Positions 35,485-39,071 of a stretch of DNA of 39,071 nt are shown here, one piece after another. The translations under genes were made by a program, and so were the position numbers. The first letter of the stretch is position 1. Each line of letters starts with the position of its first letter. The stretch is from Gemmatimonadales bacterium (lineage in GTDB: Bacteria > Gemmatimonadota > Gemmatimonadetes > Gemmatimonadales > GWC2-71-9). Below the pieces are notes generated by a model. The model did no database searches. It was given only the letters and a program-made list of their open reading frames with translations, and was not told the DNA's origin. The stretch lies in contig DATLHD010000101.1 in the NCBI GenBank assembly GCA_035540075.1, positions 1-39,071 on the forward strand. Reading direction: 5' to 3'.

Positions 35485-35855
35485 ATGCGAGCCCTCGTGC
35501 GGCGATACTTGGCAGCGTGCGAAAATGTTGGGCAGTCCGGCCGGCTATTGCGGGTAGGCCACGAAGGGAGCCCGCAGGAATCTCACCGACCAGGGCTGAA
35601 TGTCAAGCTTAAGGCCCGACCCTGCAGAGAGTTATGAGGTCGGGCCCGGATCCTTGAACCGGGGGAGGCGCCAGCCCCCTCCTCGACGCCTCCGAACAAA
35701 GCAAGTCCCAGGCCGGGCCTCGGCTCCCGGGCGAGCCAAGTCACGGCTCCACATGTTGCTGGCCCGATACACTCCGACACGCGCCGGTGTCCCGCAGGAT
35801 GGCCTGGGCTCGGGTAGGGTCCTGGCCGACGTCAGCTCGGTGACCACAAACAGAC

Positions 35856-35877
35856 GGGGGCGCCAACTGGCGCCCCC
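35856..35877 (-). terminator. Intrinsic terminator of the acyl-CoA dehydrogenase gene
   Basis: Stem GGGGGCGCC / GGCGCCCCC with a 4-nt loop. On the minus strand it is followed by GUCUGUUUGUGG. It lies 25 nt downstream of the TAG at 35902-35904. Confidence 0.75.
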
Positions 35878-35901
35878 GTCGTGTGTTCCAGGTCGCCTCC
35901 G

Positions 35902-37068
35902 CTACCTCAGCATGTTCTTGGCGATGGTCTGCAGCTGCATGTTGCTGGTGCCCTCGTAGATGGTTCCGATCTTCGCGTCCCGGTAATACTTCTCCGCGGG
36001 ATACTCGTTGGAGTAGCCGTAGCCGCCGAAAAGCTCGAGACAGTTGGAGGTGGTGCGGTCGGCCACCTGGGAGCTGAAGAGCTTGGCCATTGCGGCCTGC
36101 TGCTGGAACGGCTGCCCCGCGTCCTTCATTCGCGCGGTGTTGTACACCATGAGCCGTGCCGCCTCCAGGTCGGTGGCCATCTGGGCGAGCTGGAACTGGA
36201 TTCCCTGGAACTCCGCGATCGCCTTCCCGAACTGCTTGCGCTCCTTTACGTACGCGGTCGCGGCCTCGAGGGCTCCGGTCGCCACCCCGATCATCTGCGC
36301 GCCGATCCCGATCCGCCCCTCGTTCAGCGTTTCGATGGCGATCTTGTAGCCCTGGCCCACCGGCCCCAGCACGTTCTCGTCGGGGACCACGCACTGCTCC
36401 AGGATCAGCTCGGTGGTGCTGGAGGCACGGATGCCGAGCTTGTTCTCCTTCTTGCCCACCGTGAAGCCGGGGAAGTCGCGCTCCACCAGGAACCCGGTGA
36501 TTCCCTTGTAGCCCTTGGCGAAGTCGGTGTTGGCGAAGACGATGAAAAAGCCGGCCTCGGCGCCGTTGGTGATCCAGAACTTGGTGCCGGTGAGCTCCCA
36601 GCGGTCGCCGCGATGCTCGGCCTTGGTGGCCAGCGCGAAGGCATCGCTGCCGCTGCCGGGTTCCGAGAGGGCAAAGGCGCCCAGCAGGTCCGTGGTCAGC
36701 CGAGGGAAATAGCGCTCATGCTGCTCGGGGCTGCCCCAGCGGAGCAGCGCGTTGTTGACCAGCGTGTTGTGAACGTCCACGTAGATCGCCGCCGAGGCGT
36801 CCACCCGGGCCAGCTCCTCGATTGCCAGAGCCGCCATGAAGATGCCGCCCCCGGCACCGCCGAACCGCTCGGGAACCTCGATCCCCATGAGGCCGAGTTC
36901 GAAGAACCGCGGGATGAGCGAGGGCTCCAACTTCGCCGCCTCGTCCATGGCGTGGACCAGCGGCCGCACCTCGGTCTCGGCGAATTCCCGAACCGCGTCG
37001 CGGAACAGCGTCTCCTCTTCGGAGAGGGTGGTGAGAGGCGAGGGTGGAGTTGCTACGGTATCGGCCAT
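35902..37068 (-). CDS. Acyl-CoA dehydrogenase (short/branched-chain type)
   Basis: 388 aa. FALSEPGSGSDA, WITNG and C-terminal catalytic Glu context IYEGTSNMQLQTIAK. Confidence 0.95.
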   Translation of the reverse strand: MADTVATPPSPLTTLSEEETLFRDAVREFAETEVRPLVHAMDEAAKLEPSLIPRFFELGLMGIEVPERFGGAGGGIFMAALAIEELARVDASAAIYVDVHNTLVNNALLRWGSPEQHERYFPRLTTDLLGAFALSEPGSGSDAFALATKAEHRGDRWELTGTKFWITNGAEAGFFIVFANTDFAKGYKGITGFLVERDFPGFTVGKKENKLGIRASSTTELILEQCVVPDENVLGPVGQGYKIAIETLNEGRIGIGAQMIGVATGALEAATAYVKERKQFGKAIAEFQGIQFQLAQMATDLEAARLMVYNTARMKDAGQPFQQQAAMAKLFSSQVADRTTSNCLELFGGYGYSNEYPAEKYYRDAKIGTIYEGTSNMQLQTIAKNMLR

Positions 37069-37155
37069 GCTAGGCTCGGCTCGAGGTCAGCGGTGTGAGT
37101 GGAAAGAATACCGGACCGGCGGGAAAGCAACAAAGGGCTTACGTTTCGCCACCCG

Positions 37156-38022
37156 ATGACCACCAGTTCCGCCCCCGGCCGCAGCTCCGTCGTCCGGCGG
37201 CTCGCCGAAGACCGGCCCCTGGTGGCGGTCGAGCTTCGGCCGCCGCGGAGCGGCATGTCCTACGACGCGAGCGTCGACGCGTGGATCGATATGTACCACT
37301 CGGTCCGGCGGCTGGCGCGACAGGACACGCTGATCTTCCTGACCGACAACGCCGTGGGCCAGGCCGAAGAAGAGAACCTGGCCCACCTGATCGCCAACCT
37401 CGCCGGCGAGCTCGAGCCGGCTCGGATCGTTCCGTTTCTCACGGCCAAGCATTCCCAGGAGTACATCCAGCTCTACGCCGCGCGGGCCGCGTCGCACGGC
37501 TTCGAGGCACTCACCGTCGTAGGCGGGGATGTGTCCACCGGCCCGACCCGCTGCTTTCCCCACGCCTACCAGCTCCGGCAGTGGCTCCGGCGACGGGTGC
37601 CTTCCCTCGACCTGGGCGGATGGGTCAACCCGCTCAAGGATCCGGTCAAGCAGGTGGACTTTTTGCTCCACCCCGAGTTCGAGGCGGAGTTTTATCTCAC
37701 CCAGGTCGTCTCCCACCATTCGATCCGCGAAGTCGAGCGCTTTCTGGCAGAGGCTCGGCGCCGCGGAGTATCCTGCCCCGGCGCGTTCGGCGTCTTCCTC
37801 TATCGTAGCGCCAATCCGCGCACGCTGCGACAGCTCGGCGACTTTCTGCCGGTGCCGGTGGAGGGGATCACCAGCGACTTCGAGGCGGGGTTATCCGCGG
37901 AGGAGATCTGCGCCCGCAGCATCAGGGCGTTGGGGGAGGTGGGCGTGGATAAGGTGTATCTCAGCAATCTGGGCTTCGAGCGGCCCGATGCGCGCTACCG
38001 GAAGATCGTCGAGCTCCTGTAG
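37156..38022 (+). CDS. Methylenetetrahydrofolate reductase-family protein (divergent MetF-like paralog)
   Basis: VAVELRPPR, ALTVVGGD, YLTQVV and KVYLSNLG are co-linear with the MetF motifs FEFFPPR, IVALRGD, ITQFFFD and FHFYTLN. ATG 37156 is preferred over GTG 37099, whose first codons are AT-rich. Confidence 0.7.
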   Translation: MTTSSAPGRSSVVRRLAEDRPLVAVELRPPRSGMSYDASVDAWIDMYHSVRRLARQDTLIFLTDNAVGQAEEENLAHLIANLAGELEPARIVPFLTAKHSQEYIQLYAARAASHGFEALTVVGGDVSTGPTRCFPHAYQLRQWLRRRVPSLDLGGWVNPLKDPVKQVDFLLHPEFEAEFYLTQVVSHHSIREVERFLAEARRRGVSCPGAFGVFLYRSANPRTLRQLGDFLPVPVEGITSDFEAGLSAEEICARSIRALGEVGVDKVYLSNLGFERPDARYRKIVELL

Positions 38023-38024
38023 CA

Positions 38025-39071
38025 CTACCCAGTGAGCTGACCCAACGTCTCCAGCGCCACCTCGAACCGCCCGCCCGGCGTGCTCACCTGCACGCCCTGC
38101 ACCAGGCCCCGCACCGCCTCCATCACCTCCAGTGCGATCCGGATCCCTTCGGCGTGCGCCGCATCCGGACCGCCGGCTTCGGCGCTCCGCATCCGTTCCA
38201 GCACGCCCTCCGGTACCCTGGCGCCCGGCACCTCGTTCGCCAGGAACTCCGCGTTCCGTAGCGAGGTGAGGGGCCAGATCCCCGCGATCACGGGAATCCG
38301 CCAGGGGGCGATCCGCTGGAGGAACTTGGCCAGCTCCGCCGGATCGAACACCGGCTGAGTGACCGCGAACTCCGCGCCGGCCTCCACCTTCCACCGGAAC
38401 CGCTCGAGCTCCAGTCCCTGGTCCACCGCGCCCTGATTCACCGCCACCCCGATCACGAATCGCGTGGGCTCTCCGATCGACGTCCCGCCGGGGTCGAGCC
38501 CGTGATTCAGGCGGCGCACGACATTGGTCAGGCCGATGCTGTCGATGTCGAAGACGGCCGTGGCATCGGGGTAGGGCCCGGCGGTCGGCGGATCGCCGGT
38601 CACGATGAGCACGTTTCGGAGACCCCCGGCAGCCGCGCCCAGCAGATCGCTGAGCATGCCGAGCATGTTCCGGTCTCGACAGGTGTAGTGGAAGACGGTC
38701 TCCAGGCCGATCTCCCGCTCCACGAGGAGGGCGGCGGGGACCACTCCCATGCGGCTCTGCGCGCGTGCTCCGTCCACCAGGTTGACGACGTCCACCCCGG
38801 CTTCGCGCAGCACCCGGCAGCGCTGCAGTAGCGTGGTCGGGTCCCAGCCCCGGGGAGGCACCAGCTCGACGCTGCGCACGAACGTCCCGCTCGCGAGCTT
38901 GCGACCCCACTCGGATCGTGCGGGCAGCGGCACCGGTGGGCTTCCCGCTGGCTCGGGCTGCGGTCCGGCCGGAGCCCCGACCGAGACTCGCCGCGGCCGC
39001 GACTCGGCGACGCACTCCCTGATGCGTCGGATGTGATCGGGGGATGCTGCGGGACCACCCCCGATCACATC
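38025..39071 (-). CDS. MTHFR domain of a bifunctional homocysteine S-methyltransferase/methylenetetrahydrofolate reductase (YitJ-like), 5' end beyond window
   Basis: FVRSVELVPPRG, FHYTCRDRN, VLIVTGDPP and AEFAVTQPVF. The first residues in the window (DVIGGxxxxxPDHIRRIRECV) are the C-terminal end of the S-methyltransferase domain, so the gene continues past 39071. Confidence 0.85.
   Translation of the reverse strand, partial: DVIGGGPAASPDHIRRIRECVAESRPRRVSVGAPAGPQPEPAGSPPVPLPARSEWGRKLASGTFVRSVELVPPRGWDPTTLLQRCRVLREAGVDVVNLVDGARAQSRMGVVPAALLVEREIGLETVFHYTCRDRNMLGMLSDLLGAAAGGLRNVLIVTGDPPTAGPYPDATAVFDIDSIGLTNVVRRLNHGLDPGGTSIGEPTRFVIGVAVNQGAVDQGLELERFRWKVEAGAEFAVTQPVFDPAELAKFLQRIAPWRIPVIAGIWPLTSLRNAEFLANEVPGARVPEGVLERMRSAEAGGPDAAHAEGIRIALEVMEAVRGLVQGVQVSTPGGRFEVALETLGQLTG
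39030..39071. repeat. Perfect 14-bp inverted repeat with 14-nt spacer inside the coding sequence
   Basis: GATGTGATCGGGGG (39030-39043) and CCCCCGATCACATC (39058-39071) are exact reverse complements. The spacer is ATGCTGCGGGACCA (39044-39057). Confidence 0.9.

Noticed and set aside
35645-35663. tRNA/tmRNA T-arm-like hairpin (minus strand CCCGG UUCAAGGAU CCGGG)
   Set aside because: The loop is 9 nt rather than the canonical 7-nt TPsiCRA loop. No acceptor stem, CCA context or tag reading frame was found nearby.
35700-35815. RNase P RNA-like P4 pairing (AAGUCCCAGG ... CCUGGGCU with a bulged U)
   Set aside because: The universally conserved GAGGAAAGUCC and ACAGAA elements are not matched. The two strands are only about 100 nt apart, versus about 280 nt in type A RNase P RNA. 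The region is too short for the full fold.
37069-37155. Possible SAM- or THF-type riboswitch in the 87-nt leader of the MetF-like gene (AAAGC-containing segment)
   Set aside because: There are only loose resemblances to SAM-II-like AAAGC elements. I could build no convincing conserved helices or pseudoknot by eye, and the gap must also hold the divergent acyl-CoA dehydrogenase promoter.
38910-39071. Plus-strand reading frame ending in DVIGGCCGTTPDHI, as a possible separate plus-strand methyltransferase gene
   Set aside because: Upstream plus-strand residues (...RSGRSPDRDSPRPRLGDALPDAS) are not methyltransferase-like. The minus strand carries the expected PDHIRRIRECV-linker-MTHFR continuation. 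The motif is better explained by the flipped spacer within the minus-strand gene.

Overview
GC-rich bacterial chromosomal window that is almost wholly coding. I call 36 protein genes, 4 hairpin terminators and 2 repeat features. I recognised no rRNA, tRNA, CRISPR array, transposase or integrase. Taxonomy cannot be assigned from the sequence alone.

Layout:
- 1-5.9 kb: lon (5' partial), convergent with an Hpt-REC-REC-GGDEF protein, a TrmB-type regulator and a hypothetical protein.
- 6.0-22.3 kb: a large envelope-glycan locus. It holds an M28 peptidase, a three-gene DprE2/DprE1/UbiA set resembling the mycobacterial decaprenyl-phospho-arabinose (DPA) donor pathway, an extra flavoenzyme, two convergent GT-C membrane glycosyltransferases, a polyprenyl-phosphate-type GT2, four further GT2/GT4 enzymes and a Wzm/Wzt ABC exporter. 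Most junctions are ATGA-type overlaps.
- 22.5-33.3 kb: an 11-gene co-directional array. In transcription order: OPT transporter, small membrane protein, BtuF-like protein, GNAT, M42 peptidase, M28-PDZ peptidase, GAF/fRMsr-like protein, alpha/beta hydrolase, hypothetical protein, PolX, Nth.
- 33.5-39.1 kb: two small membrane proteins (one below the ORF-track size cutoff), PBP4, acyl-CoA dehydrogenase and two convergent MTHFR-family genes.

Most notable observations:
1. The DPA-like donor module, GT-C pair and ABC exporter together form a candidate undescribed surface-glycan system.
2. At the right edge, a 14-nt spacer between perfect 14-bp inverted repeats lies flipped. This turns the canonical GGCCGTTP zinc-site motif of the homocysteine methyltransferase domain into GGGPAASP.
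3. A hypothetical gene has a coding-like N-terminal extension with no ATG/GTG/TTG start.
4. The diguanylate cyclase has a GAEEF active-site variant but keeps its RxxD I-site.
5. About 370 bp of structured intergenic sequence upstream of PBP4 is unexplained.

All homology statements come from reading motifs by eye and from remembered reference sequences. None has been checked by a search.
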